Both the position numbers and the translations under genes were made by a program. The notes under the pieces are model-generated. The model ran no database searches. It saw only the letters and a program-made list of their open reading frames with translations, and had not been told where the DNA came from. A DNA stretch of 58,955 bases, counting the filler, from Sphacelaria rigidula (lineage: Eukaryota): assembly GCA_964200075.2 (NCBI GenBank). It is 9 parts of 9 records of this genome, joined end to end, with 100 filler letters (N's around TTAATTAATTAA, not from the genome) between each part and the next. Parts side by side here need not be neighbours in the genome. Positions count along the whole stretch, not along the records: positions 19,687 to 26,148 come from CAXNAA020019932.1; positions 26,249 to 32,710 come from CAXNAA020019933.1; positions 32,811 to 39,272 come from CAXNAA020019934.1; 6 more parts are not named here. One strand, written 5' to 3'. Of the stretch, positions 25,045-38,279 are shown piece after piece (within the stretch, counting starts at the first letter, position 1; the number at the start of each line of letters is the position of its first letter).

Positions 25045-26095
25045 TTAACCTCAGAGACCCGCACCTCGATACTTGGAATGATGTATTCTGATGCATGTCA
25101 TTGTACCCGAAGGTGGAAAATGCAGGATAAGTATGGAAGGGGAACACGAGGTTGGTGACGAAGTTGGAAACAGTACAGACGACAGCAGCTAAGTGCTTGG
25201 ACGCTCAAAAACGACGAGTAATGCAGCATCAACGGCAGAATTGGGAACGTGCCCTCTCAAAATCAAAAGAGACCTATGAAAACAGAAAGGGCGATATAGT
25301 GTAAGGAACATGCAAAGAAAGAGATTGCCAGCCATAGTTAGTAGGGCTGTACGGAAAAAAATGACGAAAGGGCAAGCTGGAATAAGGTGGGATAACGCAG
25401 TTGAGAATATGGAAGGACATGAGAGGGACCCAAGACGAGATAATGACCATAGATGAATGCGGAGGATACAAGACAAAAGTAAGTGACATGATAAAAATGA
25501 GGAGGAAATAATCGCCAAGACGGAAAGTAGACGAGGAAGAGCACCTGAAAATATACGGGGGGTTGAGAGAGGGGATAGAGATGAATACATATCTCCATGG
25601 CCCAATGAACTCCGCATAAAAGTTGAAACTGTAATTTCGGGTGGGGGACCTGGGCCTGCCAAACAAAACAAAGAGGTATGCTAGTAGCCGAGTGGAGGAG
25701 GAAGTAGATGCACAGAATCGCCCCTGTGGCAATGCAATATGGTATAACTCATATAGAGGCAGAATATGAGCTATACAGGGAGGAACGGGAAGTGTTGAAG
25801 GGGGCAAAGTGGGAGGTAAACGAAGGTGGCATGAAATCGTTTGATACATTGAACAGTACCGAGAAAACGGTGGCTATACTAGGAGATATATGGTGGCCAC
25901 AGATGGCGAAACAGGACGGGGATGAGATATGTAAGAGGTTTTGGTGTAATGTGTGGAAGAAACGTCATGAGCGCCGAAATGTTGGAAGTGTCTATATTAG
26001 AAGTAGGAACGGTGCTCCGTCTCGAAAGGGATGCGTGGTCAATGGTCAAACGACTGAGGCAAGCAACGAATGAGCACGCCCCCACCCCCCCCCCA
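25045..26095 (+). mobile_element. Degenerate LINE, 3' ~1 kb
   Basis: Colinear with 47600-48715; ...AILGDIWWPQMAKQDGD...SRNGAPSRKGCVVNGQ; ends GAATGAGCAC+C-run. Confidence 0.9.
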
Positions 26096-28658
26096 AAAAC
26101 CCCCCTCCCCAGCCCCCGGAAACCCCCGAATGTCTCCGGAATGTCAGCNNNNNNNNNNNNNNNNNNNNNNNNNNNNNNNNNNNNNNNNNNNNTTAATTAA
26201 TTAANNNNNNNNNNNNNNNNNNNNNNNNNNNNNNNNNNNNNNNNNNNNGTGGGGGAGGCGTGGGGAGTTTATAACAACACAACCAAACCTTTTCCCCCCC
26301 CCCCCCCCCCCCCTATCGTAGCATGACTCTTTTTTTTTTTGTGGCGTCGGTATAGTATATTAATCGCGGTGCTTTCGCGATATATATTTTCATATACGAG
26401 TAGGCATTGTGTGTTGTTTAACCTTTCATGGGTGATGGTGGAATAATCATGCATCATGTAGTGCATGTTGTGAGTAAAGTACATGTCGGTTCTGTATATG
26501 AAAACGTGTTTTCATCGCCGCTCTCTTGAAACAAACAAAAAAAAGAGCTCATATCTCGTATTGAGCAAGCTTATATCAGTTTTATTCAGGCTTGGCAAGC
26601 AACCTATTTTGATGCCACCGGTTCAGATTTTCTACTTAAAAAATATAAACTAAAATCCAAAAAAAAACGAGTAACACTTCAACTCATGTCGGTGCTTACT
26701 CGTCCGGTGATATACCCCGAGTCTGAATCAGGCGTTCATCGATAAAAAAATTCAAATGAGAGAAGAATAATGAATACGGGTAGAAAAATAAAAAAAAGTG
26801 AAATAATGGGTGGGGGTTGCTCTTGGGCGAACAATCCTGAATATCGATTCTTTCGTGCGGAACATGTGCCACTCCCCCTATTTTCTTCTTCTTTTTTGTC
26901 GTCGGTATCTGTAGTCTGATGACGGTTGGTATCTGTAGTCTGATGACCGCGTTGCCGTCACAGAATGTTGTCATGTTTGTTAGCGTTTCACGTTAATTGT
27001 CGTTTCATGTTCGTTGCCGATGGAGTGAATGAGCATCGTGTTTCTTTTCTGGCGAGAAAGGTGCATGTCCATTCAGAGGACAACAATGACCTGAGTGCGT
27101 CTCGCTTCATTGCTGCTATTTTCGAGAAAAAGAAAAAGAAAAAAAGGAATGAGCTCATGTCTCGTATAAAAAAGACACATATTTGTCCCGTTTGTTCTAC
27201 CAAGTAATCCATGGATCAACGGCTTAGGTAATATTGATTTTGATGCCAACGGCTCGGAGCGTATTCTACTTATGGTGTCCTCCGGCCGATGCCCTCACAA
27301 TTAACCACGCGTAGGACATTACGAGTTGCCCTAGATGGGAGTCTAGTCGCTCGTTGTGCTCGTTACGACATGTTGTGTGAGCTATTTGGGGACTCACATT
27401 TGTGGTGGATACTTGCCAGCTTTTAGCATGAAATGAGAAGATATATGGTACATGAAGGGCCAGAAACAAATATGGCGTGGGTATTGCTTGTGGGCGAGCA
27501 GTGCCGAATATATCCTTTTCTTGATGGGGTCTAACGAGCAATTTTTCCGGTTGCGGCGGCTACGATTATTTCGTCCATTGCATGCGAGGTGTATTTTTAC
27601 ATGTAGGTCAATATATTATCATATTGGGTAATATTTCACGGGCATTGTTGGTCACTTCATCAAGTGTGCACGATATGGATAACATGCGTAGATGATAAAT
27701 GAGGTTTGTAATATGCCTCATTTCATGTGAATATTGATCGCCGCCGCAACCTGGAAAAGTGCGTTCCTTAACTGGCACAAAAAGGCGTATATCCGTTCTG
27801 ATCAGTCCGAGCAAGCGATCAGCAATTTTTTTTTATATCTGGGAAGTGTTCTAGTTTTCAAGTCCTCGGGACGATGTCCCACGATTTTCTGTGCACGGGC
27901 AGTTTTCATCATGCTGCCCTATAATGTGCGTGTGGAGTCTGTTGTTGTACCATTCACGGTTTGTCTTCCCAGTCATGTGAGTGCTCAGAGCCGTGGTGAA
28001 CTATCAGTCACCTGTGCTTACCTCTCCTCGATGTTTCCAAGATGCACTGCTGGCTCGTTGGCTTGAAGTGCATGGTGCTGTGTACCGATTACTCGTATCG
28101 ATTAGTAGCCAGGAAAATATGAGCGTTTGTGTGAGGGGAGACAGCTGATTAGAGCAGCATACCACAATTCGTGTAGGAAATAAATACCAGCACTGCGATG
28201 TTAGTGCTGGAGTAATAGGATGGTTAAGAAAGGTGATCCCGCCACCGCTGGCAAGCTTCGTTGTGTGAATTTGTTTGCTTAGGCGATGTGATCTGCTGCG
28301 CGGTCTACTGTCTAGGGCATGTTGAGAGTGCTGTACATACATTCTGCAGGAAAACCCAACAAAAAACAATCCTGGGAGCCTCCCTGGCAAACCAATATCT
28401 GCGGACACTATTGGGCAGTTTGCTCAGGCGTAAACAGCAGCACAAATCTGGCCCTGTGCCCACGCATTACGCCGCTGTGAGACAGACAGCTGATACCATC
28501 AATCACTGAAGATACAAAAGCTCCTTGTCAGTTCGTTTGTCCCAACCTGCACGCACCCCGCCTTGCGTGTCTTCCCCGATCACAACACTCAACAATAACT
28601 GAAGTATCGAAGAGGACAAAACAGGCAGCTGCACAGTTATGAGTAGAAATGGGGGCCC

Positions 28659-28893
28659 TGTTGCAGGTTAAGGGCAACGGCAACCAGGTGCGCTTCCCCA
28701 TAGCCAGGGGCGCTTCCCCTTACCCAGGTGCGCTTCCCCATAGGCAGGGGCGCTTGCCTCTAATCCGGGCCGTTCCCCCCTAACCAGGGGCACTTCCCCA
28801 TAGTCAGGGGCGCTTGCCCTTAACCCGGACCGCTTGCCCTTATGCAAAAAGTGGCCCTTAACCGGGCGTTGCCCTTAACCTGCAACACCCCTG
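28659..28893. mobile_element. MITE with 21-bp perfect TIRs enclosing ~8 tandem 20-bp units
   Basis: TGTTGCAGGTTAAGGGCAACG / CGTTGCCCTTAACCTGCAACA; unit TA(G/A)CCAGGGGCGCTTCCCC(A/T). Confidence 0.8.
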
Positions 28894-28899
28894 CACGCG

Positions 28900-29325
28900 G
28901 AATCAGAGGCTGACTCGACCGAGGTTAGTCGGATCCAGGGAGTCGGAAAGTTTGGGCAGCAGAAGTACAGCAGTACTTCAGAGCAGAAGGCAATGGTTCG
29001 ATGTTGTAACAAGGCGCTTACGGCCAACACAGACAAATAGAACAGACAGACACAGGCTGCTGATTGCCCAGGTAGGATGGTGTTCCTAGAGGTGACCAGG
29101 AACCCAGACAAACCAGGAAGGTAAACAAGGAGTGAGCTCGAACACCAAGTACAGCTCATCAACATCCGCTTTACAGACGCTAGCATATTCCTCCGCAGAC
29201 GTTACATGCCAACCAACACATATTATACCGACTGTACTTTATAGCCACACTACAGCAATGAGCAATGCATGAACAGTGCTACTATACATTGACTACATAG
29301 AGGAATGTGTAGACAATTCCGTAAC
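28900..29325 (-). repeat. Probable 3' LTR of the copia element (distal boundary uncertain)
   Basis: Minus strand GAAGGGGAG (PPT) immediately followed by TGTTA at 29325; TATAAA at ~29240; no second LTR available to confirm. Confidence 0.5.
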
Positions 29326-29428
29326 ACTCCCCTTCGATGAAAGTTGCCTGTGAAGTGCGATACCCATTGTTAGATAAACACCAACATGTTTTTTACTAAT
29401 TATACACATAAAAAGAGTTGCCAAATGT

Positions 29429-32400
29429 TCATCCCCCGAAGTTCTTGATCCTGTCGACGAGGAAACGAAAACGATGCTTGCTCAAAAACTTGGTTCCGAT
29501 GTCGGCGAGTTGATGCTCCGTGGGAATAAAATGTATGGTTATTTTGCCCTCCTTGACCATCTCTCTGATGTAGAAGAAACTTAGAGCGATGCGCTTCGTG
29601 CGAGAACTGTACGCCTCATTGCCGATGACATGAAAAGTGGCCGTATTATTGATGTGTTACGACACTTGTCCGAACTGCTGTCCGAAACTCAACTCGGTTA
29701 TCATGTTCAAGCAAAAGACAGGTTCCTTCATTGTCAGAGCTGCAGCCACCAGCTCTGCCTCCATGGTTGACATCGCTATCAGGCTCTGAATTCCTGACTT
29801 GAAGCTTACGAGCGCCTTACACATCATCATGAGATAAGCTGAGGTCGATTTATCGTTGTCAGGGTTGCACGGTTAGGACAAATGATCACGACTCAAAATC
29901 ACCAAGTTCACGATTTCCTCGGCCTGATTGCCCAAAAGGGAGGAAAAAGCTGATCGTTGGTCCAAGGGATATCCAAGCAACTTTTGTGCCATTCGAATGT
30001 CTAGGATGCATGTACCTAGGTTGCAACGCTGAAAGAAAGCCTATAGATTTATTCGTCACGAGTCGACTCATCATAGTAAAACCAAGTAATTTCCAGATGA
30101 ATCAATATTTGTCCGACCCTTGCAGGATTGTTACCCCAGTTTGAATCCGAAAACGCAGTGAGCTTAAATCCTCCTCGCTTGTATATGATGTCAAACGCCT
30201 TTGTTCCAGCAGAATACCGTAAAAGATGCTTCGCAGCACCCATGTGAACTTTGGCTGGCTTCGACATTGCACGAGCAAGCTGGCAAGATGCATACACCAC
30301 GTCGTAACGTGTGATCTGCGCTAGGTACATAACAGAACCTGTTATGGCCTGATGCTTCTGAGTTTCTTCTTCGCTGAGAAGAGTTTCCGCAGGTTGTTCT
30401 GTAGACAACTCCGAACCGAATCCCGGGGTGTACACAGGCTTGCAGTGTTTCCATTCCAAATCGTGCAAGAATTGATCTTGTATATATCCTCCTGAGTGAT
30501 GGGGAGCGTACCTTCTTTACGATCGCGAGTGACTTGCATCCCCAGTACAAGCGATACATTCCCCATGTCACTCATCTTGAACTTATCCATGAGCTTCCTC
30601 TTGATATCTTCGATCAACTTCAGGTTATTCCCAGTGACAAGGAGGTCGTCGACGTAGAGGGTAATGATCGCAATCGTCTTATTTTGGCTGTATATGTAGA
30701 CGCCGGGATCTGATTTCAGAGACGTGAATCCAAGCTCTATCAATTTCGGATCTATCGTTTTCCACCAGTTGCGTGGACTTTGAGCTAGTCCGTAGAGGCT
30801 CTTTTCCAGCTTCATGACAAGTTGGATTCCATCCTTATTTGGGGGTTTGAAACCAGGCGCCATTTTTATGAATACGTCTTCGTCGATGGCCGCATAGAGA
30901 AAAGCAGTCTTCATGTCAAGCTGGATTACTTCCCAGTGCAACTCAGTAGCGATCGCGAGCACCATCGAAATGCTTCGTAGTCGGCAAACGTGAGCGAAGG
31001 TGCCGCCACACACTTTCCCGGGGACTTGATTCCAGCCCTGTGCGACCAGTCTGGCTTTATATGACTTGTCCGGCTTGACTTTAAAGACCCACTTAGAGCC
31101 GATAATTTTCAATCCCAGGGGGACATCTGTCTTTGGGACGAGAGTGTAAACGTTCAGGTCTTGCAGAATTTTTAATTCCTTTTGAGCTGCTTCTTTTCAC
31201 ATCGTAGATTCCGGCAACTTCATAGCTTCTTCAAAGTTCGTCGGGACCTTGATCGTTCCCGATCGAAGTTGTGTATTTGTCGCTGCGTAGGCATACTCGA
31301 CTAAGCTGTTCATGTGTGTGTGCCACGTCTGGAATCTCCCCTTTAGCGAAGTAAGCAAGTTTCCTAAGTTCTCGGACTGTTCTCGACGCAGGCACACATT
31401 GATTACACTCTGAAGGCACACGTTGATTGGTCTGTCCACGCGTTCTGGTGTGAACGCCCGATGGAACTGACTCTTCGATCAGCGATGGTTCAGGCGATGC
31501 CGAACACTCAGGAGCAGCAAGTAGATCTCGCGACGTGATTTCTTTCATGAGATCGAGTATTTGATTCACCAAAACATCTTCAGTCTCACGGTTTTCCGAG
31601 GGCGAACTAAGATCAAGGCTCGACGCATAGTTACGCACGTCTCGCACAAGGTCCTCATGCTCGTCGTACGAAAAGCTCCTTCGTCAAAACCGCTCACCAA
31701 GTCTGGTTCAGGCATGACAGGACGTGTCTCGATGAAGACGACGTTTCGACTCTCGCATAGTTTTCGAGTTTCTGGGTGGTAAATTCGAAAAGACTTGCTG
31801 TCCATGCTGTATCCTACCAGTCGTCCTTCCCGGACGCGGGGTTCCAGTTTCTTGGTATGGGTTTCTACGTGAACAAACGCTCTTGCTCCGATAGTCCGAA
31901 GGTGTCCAAGATTAGCTTCACTAGCGTGGAGAGCTTTGAAGGGTGTTTCATTGTTTAGAGCTGAGTGTGGAACTCTATTCATCAGGCATGTGGTAGTTTG
32001 CATGAGTTCTCCCCAAAGGAAATGCGGTAAACCTCAATCAGACAGCATGCTTCTCACCATGCCCGCTAAGGTGTGTCCTAACCGCTCGTTTACACCTATC
32101 TGTTGAGGAGTATCTGTTGATGCAAACTCGAGCTTTATACCCATGTCGAGGCAATACTTGCGAAAGGCCGAACCTGTACTTTCTCCTCCCTTGTCCGCTC
32201 TCAGGCGCTCCAAGCGCAATCCAGTGGGGATGGCGACGACCTGGTTGTATAGCTGTAGGGCGTCAACAGCAGAACCCTTCTCCTTGATTAGGAAAACCTC
32301 CGTCTATTTTGTGACCTGATCATTAAACTTGACAACGTGGTTGAAGCCACCCAGTGCCTGAGAGGAGATTGGCCCCATGATGTCGGTGAAGACTAGCTGA

Positions 32401-32640
32401 AAGGGAAGCTTGACGTTGTAAGATGCTCGCTTCGGGTGCGGTTGTTGTGCGCTCTTGCCCACAGCGCAAACATCACAAGCAAGTGGATCTCCGTTACACT
32501 CAACATCATTACCCTGCACCATCCGTAGGATACTCATGCTTCTGCTATTGATGTGACCCAGGCGGCGATGCCACAGGTCTGCTGATTCGGTCCGCAAAGC
32601 TACACTATTAGTTATATTGTATACAGGTACTTCTAAAGAG
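29429..32640 (-). mobile_element. Ty1/copia LTR retrotransposon pol, frameshifted pseudogene
   Basis: Domain order GAG-pre-integrase (LWHRRLGH), integrase (LVFTDIMGP, RADKGGE, TPQQIGVNER), RT (KARLVAQG, KSLYGL, LYVDDLL), RNase H (FSDSNW...QLADIGTK, stop at 29429); multiple frameshifts. Confidence 0.96.
29868..30122. mobile_element. hAT-type MITE inserted in the copia RNase H
   Basis: TIRs CACGGTTAGGACAAAT / ATTTGTCCGACCCTTG; TSD CAGGGTTG/CAGGATTG; removing it restores FSDSNWGNNP-DNDKSTS. Confidence 0.9.
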
Positions 32641-35600
32641 AAGGAATATAAGTAACAACAAATTGTGAGAATTGAGGTTTAACTTCGAGATGAGGCTCAA
32701 GCCTAAAACGNNNNNNNNNNNNNNNNNNNNNNNNNNNNNNNNNNNNNNNNNNNNTTAATTAATTAANNNNNNNNNNNNNNNNNNNNNNNNNNNNNNNNNN
32801 NNNNNNNNNNGCCTACTGATTATCTTGCATTTGGATGAAAGCCACCAATGAGTTGCTTTATTCTGTGGTATCGCCACTTCCAGAGACAGCCACGTCCTTT
32901 ACACTGCCTCATGGGTGTCTAACCATGAGTTAGGGGGGGGGGGGGGCGGTTATCGGTCATTCCAGTAGCAGCAGAAAGCAAGCGGGGAGTACCCATGGGT
33001 TGTCAGCAGCAACAGTACCCTGGTCTACGCAGCTCTTTCCGTTGCGGTATGCAGTAACTGTGGCAGTGCAAGGAAGCTACTATCATGGCGTGTCGGCCTC
33101 GTCTTAATGTGCGCTGATTACTTTTGCGGGCGGGTTTCACGACTCGGGTAGACACTTAGCCGGGGAGATGGACCATCAGAAAAGGTTTTTTACGATCGCC
33201 CTACTGTCTACGTTTCGTTTTCTGAAGGATGAAGCCAAAGGGACGAGAGCCGGTCACCCCAAATCCAGTTTCTGAACTGAACCTTGTTCAACCTTACTCC
33301 TGCTCCATGCGAGCTCATCCTAAGAAGTCCTCTCAACAGTCGGAACACTCCTGTGCGGTCCCTGAAGCAAGCAGCGTAGTCAATGCCTACCGACCGGCGA
33401 TGGGCTTTGTACGGAGAAAGATAAGCACGCTGAATCGTTACGGGGTCCCGCTACCAAGCAGTCACAGTCGTCGGTCACTTTGTAACAACTCCAGTCAGCT
33501 ATATTGATATCAAGTTATTACACTGTACCAGTAGAGTGCGAGGTCCCAGCATTGTGCGGTCATGCCGGGCTAGTTACCCAACGCACTATAGCGGCCCCTC
33601 CCAATGTAGGTGAACTATGAATATCACGCAATCTAATGCATACATTCCTTTGTGACACTCTCCCCATAATTTGCCCGACGATTTGCCGAAAGCTGTTGGA
33701 AGGACTTGCGCAAGATTGGTCGCTAGCTGCGAGTATGTTGGGCCGCCGCCCTTACGGACATTTGTGGCCGATACTAGGGTTTTAAAACACCACCCCCGCT
33801 AACGGAACCGGTCCCTTAAACCGTGAGAAGAAAATAAACATAAATCAGTTCAGAGCTACACCAACACGCGCGAAATTCAAAATGTATGTGGTCGTATAAT
33901 TTATTTGCGCCGCGTATGCTTATTTCAACCATGTCATGGCTACTGAACACGTCGTCTCTCATCCGCTTGTTGTTGGATCCAAACCCTCAAAAAGCAAAAA
34001 AAAGTACCCCGAGCTCTCCACTCAGTCAATCCAAAGAAACGCTTGGGTGTGCATGTTGTTCGGTCTCACGGAGCATAGCTCGCACGCAGTAGGTGTCGCG
34101 CTGTGTGTAAGTTCATGCCTCATGCCGTATCTCTTGGTTTCAACAAAACCACCGCGAGCCAAGAAGTGTTCCCGCTCGCCTGCTCGTTCGTTTTTTTCAA
34201 CCTTTAATATTTGTTTTTGGCGAAGAGACAATGCCAACATACCGTTGCATCGTACATGCGTGCGTCACAATGCAGACAGTTGAGTTACCCGTCGGCATTG
34301 CTGTTTCACAATTCTCCACATCCCGGACAGTATGTGGTCGATAGTAACAAGAGAAAAATGTACTGGGTAAAAGTATAGGCCTATTGCAACCATCAGCCAC
34401 ATGTTGTAAGGGGGTGCGATTTTCAACAGTACAGCACAATAGCCGCGATTGCGCCAACACAAGTGCGCGCATGTGGTCGACACACATATGACTGCTCCTT
34501 GCTCAACAGCTCCAGGGCGTGGCGTGTTTGGTCATGGGCGTAAGTGCTGCAGGGGGCGCGTGCGCGCGGGTGCGCTTGGGCGGTGTTTTGATTATGGGCC
34601 GGAGGAGCAGCTCGTTGGACAGCCGCAGGGGTGAGCGTGTTCTTACCACGAACCCGCGCTCCCATCGTCAGCGACTGTTGTCGCTGGACCTTTAGCAGAC
34701 ATGGCTGAAAAAAACACAACCCCTCTCTCAACCATGTCAGGCAGCAATCATTTTGGTCACAGCAGAGGTTAGCAAGATTCTGTCGAGCACCCGGACGGCC
34801 GATCAGCGGTCATCTATACATACAGTACTGTCATCTTCCATGAATAGGCGGAGGTGTCAGATTTGCCAGTTCGCCGCGAGCGCCAAAACGGTTAACCCTT
34901 CTAGCGTCCGAGTCCTCAGTTGAACTCTATATTCTCGTCACTGCCGTCACACTTTGGACTCAAGGGATCAACTCATATCTCCCCGGTACACCTAGGACAA
35001 CTAAAAAATGCACAAAAAACAGCGATATTGTCCACATTGAAAACACCATATTACGCGGGTGAGGGGTTTGGAACTCTGCATACCCGCGGAAGGGGGTGTT
35101 ATCGGGAGTACGTGGGTAATATGGAAGTACACCAACACCGAAATGATCGAAAAGGACATAAATCTTGCTATTTGAATACGCCATTTCCACAACGCCGACG
35201 CAAAACCTGAAATCGAGCACAGAATCGTAACGTACGTCCAACATCACGTTTGCCCAGCTTATCCTGATCCCCGATAGCAGTACAGCTGTCATTTACATCC
35301 TATGCAGCAGAGAGGACAGTGCTGCACTGTACTGCATTTGTATTGCAAGTTGTTCAAATCTGTAGCAACATCATGCGGCCTGTGCGCATATATCTGCGGG
35401 ACTGTCAGCCGAAATATTGTACTAAAACGATGCCCGGCGCTCAAAGGGTCAAGTTTGCTTCGCACGATCCAAAAAAATATATACTCGGGAAATTATATTT
35501 TTGGCCCGTCTCGGTCGTTTCACCCCGGGATGAGGGCTACAGGCTGGTTGACGCATATCACCCAAAATTACGTCATCAGCAAATGCCGTCCGCAATACAT

Positions 35601-35995
35601 ACCCAATAGTCACATACATGGTATCATACCGCCACAACAAGTGAAGAGAGTGACGTAGCCGGATTTGTATCCATACACAGCGGTGGCGCCAACGGCAAAA
35701 ACGCCCCTGGACCATCAACCGCCTTCATCTATTATCGTCCCCTCGTGCTGAAAAGTCTATTTTTGGATTTAATTGGTGTTCCGAAAAATCCTACTGGCGT
35801 TTCTCAGACGTAGGTCAAAACCTCGCTGACTCTCAGCGACGTAATACCTCGTACCATGCACCTTTAGATGTCACAGACCTAATGCACTGTTCCTTCCAAG
35901 ATGGGGCCCAAAGCTAGTAAGGTGAACATCATGAGCGCACAACGTATCGCCCTGTCCGTCGCGTTGGGCCATAGTTCCCTACAGCCATCTCCCGC

Positions 35996-36304
35996 CAAAT
36001 TGGCGAAATTGTAAAAGTCATAATTTGATACGTCAAGAACGTTAGATTTCCCTTTCATGGTGCAGATTTTCATACGTTGAATTTCACAAACACCCGACGT
36101 TCTCGTCGGCGAATTGGTGAATTTTCCTTCTTATTTTGGGATGATGTTACTCGCGTACCGCTGTAAGTTCGGTGTGATCGGCGAATTGGCGAAAGTGTAA
36201 AAATAATAATTTGATACATTTACAACGAAAGCTTAACCTCTTTTATGGTGCAGATTCTGATGCGTTGAATTTCACGAACACCCGACGTCCTCGACGGCGA
36301 ATTC
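35996..36304 (+). repeat. Direct duplication of a ~120-bp unit
   Basis: AATTGGCGAAA..TAATTTGATAC..ATGGTGCAGATT..GTTGAATTTCAC..ACACCCGACG..GGCGAATT at ~35996-36117 and ~36180-36304. Confidence 0.8.
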
Positions 36305-36462
36305 GTAATCATGGCGTCACTACCACCATTGCGTCCCCTCCCTCCTTCCATCATTCCATCCGCGGTTCCAACATAATCTACACTTCATCACTACGGTGTC
36401 CTGCTTTGTAGTATACACCGGCACCATCCACATTTCGGTCCAGAACAAAACTTCTTGTGTAG

Positions 36463-37062
36463 TACGAGCTGGGCAAGCAGTAAATCCCACATTCGCTTTT
36501 CACACCACAACTTTTCAAATTTGCCAAATCGGCGCGACTTGAGCATATCGCTTTGAACTGCAGACCAACCTGATAACACACGGCACCGCCGCTGAACGAA
36601 GAAAAATAAATAAATTACAGTACTGCAAAATATATTACCGTGACGACGGACGAAAAAGAAAGAGAATCTGTCGGGATTCGAACTCGTGACCTCCATAACT
36701 GAAGTCTCTTATACCACTTGGATCAAAGGGGTGCGGCCGTGTCACACGAAAAGTACGTCGCAGAGCCTAATTTGATGTACTTTTGGCCGAAACTTCACCA
36801 GGATGTCGTTGACGCGAGTGCCCGTATGTGTTGCAGCATTGTCGCCGTTTTTCATCATTTTTAGAAAGTTATAGCATTTTTCCTGTTTTCGAAGAAACTT
36901 CAACTCGCTCTAACTTCCCCTTTTTTTGCTCTGCACCCCCAATAGGGTTGCGCGGGTTGATGATAGAAATATCTTGTCAAAATTTCAGCGCCCAACTCTT
37001 CGAATTACCAGTGGCAACTCCACTCATCGTCCAAAAATCACTGTCAGCTGGCCCAGCTCGTA
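36463..37062. mobile_element. TA-flanked TIR element, second copy, with tRNA-like segment at ~36668-36735
   Basis: TA-CGAGCTGGGCAAGCAG ... CAGCTGGCCCAGCTCG-TA; GGGATTCGAACTC (reverse B box) followed by GTCACACGAAAAGT as in 24062-24970. Confidence 0.8.
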
Positions 37063-37793
37063 GTGGAACACGGGTTCGCCGTCGGGGAGGCGCTCAAGAG
37101 TCAAGGTTATCGGTTCCTGCGCGACGAGGTAGAAGGCGTTGCACCTCCATCTGCGTGGGATTTTTATCGGGGGAAATCTGAGGTCCCCCCGTTTTTGAGG
37201 AGGCGACGTACGCACATTGGCGTTTAATGGTAGGGTAGAAGGCGTTTACATTTTTGCAACCGCAGCAGAAGACAGTCTCGTGACAGTGCAGGGAGTGCTT
37301 GCCCGCGCCAGCTGCTGAAGCAACTTCGCACGGGTTTTCACAAACGGGTAAGAAGTGTTGACGCCCTACCCTGTGGCGATGGTAATATTTCATGCTGCAC
37401 TGCGCTGCCATATTAATCGCTATAACCAACGGTACTGTACTACAGTATCCTAGTATGTCGTCGCTGTACTTTGCAGGGTGATCTATGCACTGCACTGCTG
37501 AACTCTTCTTGCACTCTGTTCACTGTTCTCGCATTACCGACTGTGCTACCATGTATCACCACACGGCACCACCATGGACTGTGATGATGGAAGTGTCCTG
37601 CACTGTATTACCCCAGGATACCACGGGACGGCACTGTACTCGAAGGATTATTCACCATCTGTTTGCTCTGCTCTTCGGCTTCATGCACGAATAGAACTGT
37701 TCCACAAATATGTGGTAACATGAAACGATCCCGTCGATTTTGAATCTAGGAATTTGAGTGTAAGAAAAATCGAGATTCGTTGCCATAAGTTAT

Positions 37794-38279
37794 GGTCTTA
37801 GACCAACTGTAATGGGAGCTGTGCAAAATTCCTGTCGAAAACAGCCTTTTGGGCCCTTCTTCGTCGATTTACGCCCGAAAAGAGGACTAGGCGGATGTTG
37901 ACGCCTGGGAATGACTCGCTCCATTCGTTGAGACTGTTCTAGGGTAACTTTGCATTACCCGCTGGCCGACCTTTTGTTTTTCGCCAAATCAGGCCAAACA
38001 TGGATTTTCAGTACAAAGCGGTCAGGTCATTATCATCTCCTCCTGTTTTTTTTATCGCTTGGCCGTTTTTCATTGGAAATCCGTGTTTGGCCAAAAATAA
38101 ACATGCGGCCAGCGGGAAATGCAAAGTTGCCCTCGAACGGTCTCAATGAGTAAAGCAAGTCGTTCCAAGGCGTCAACATGCGCCTAGCCCTCTTTTCAGG
38201 CGTAAAACGACGGAGATGGGCCAAATAAGCAGTTTCGAACTCAAACTTTGAACGGCCTCCATTAGCGCCGGTCTTAGAT
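37794..38279. mobile_element. Foldback element, diverged member of the 11757/12489 family
   Basis: ~190-bp inverted arms (TTTACGCCCGAAAAGAGGACTAGGCGGATGTTGACGCC / GGCGTCAACATGCGCCTAGCCCTCTTTTCAGGCGTAAA). Confidence 0.8.

Noticed and set aside
28680..28860. CRISPR-like 20-bp hairpin repeats
   Set aside because: No spacers; enclosed by TIRs
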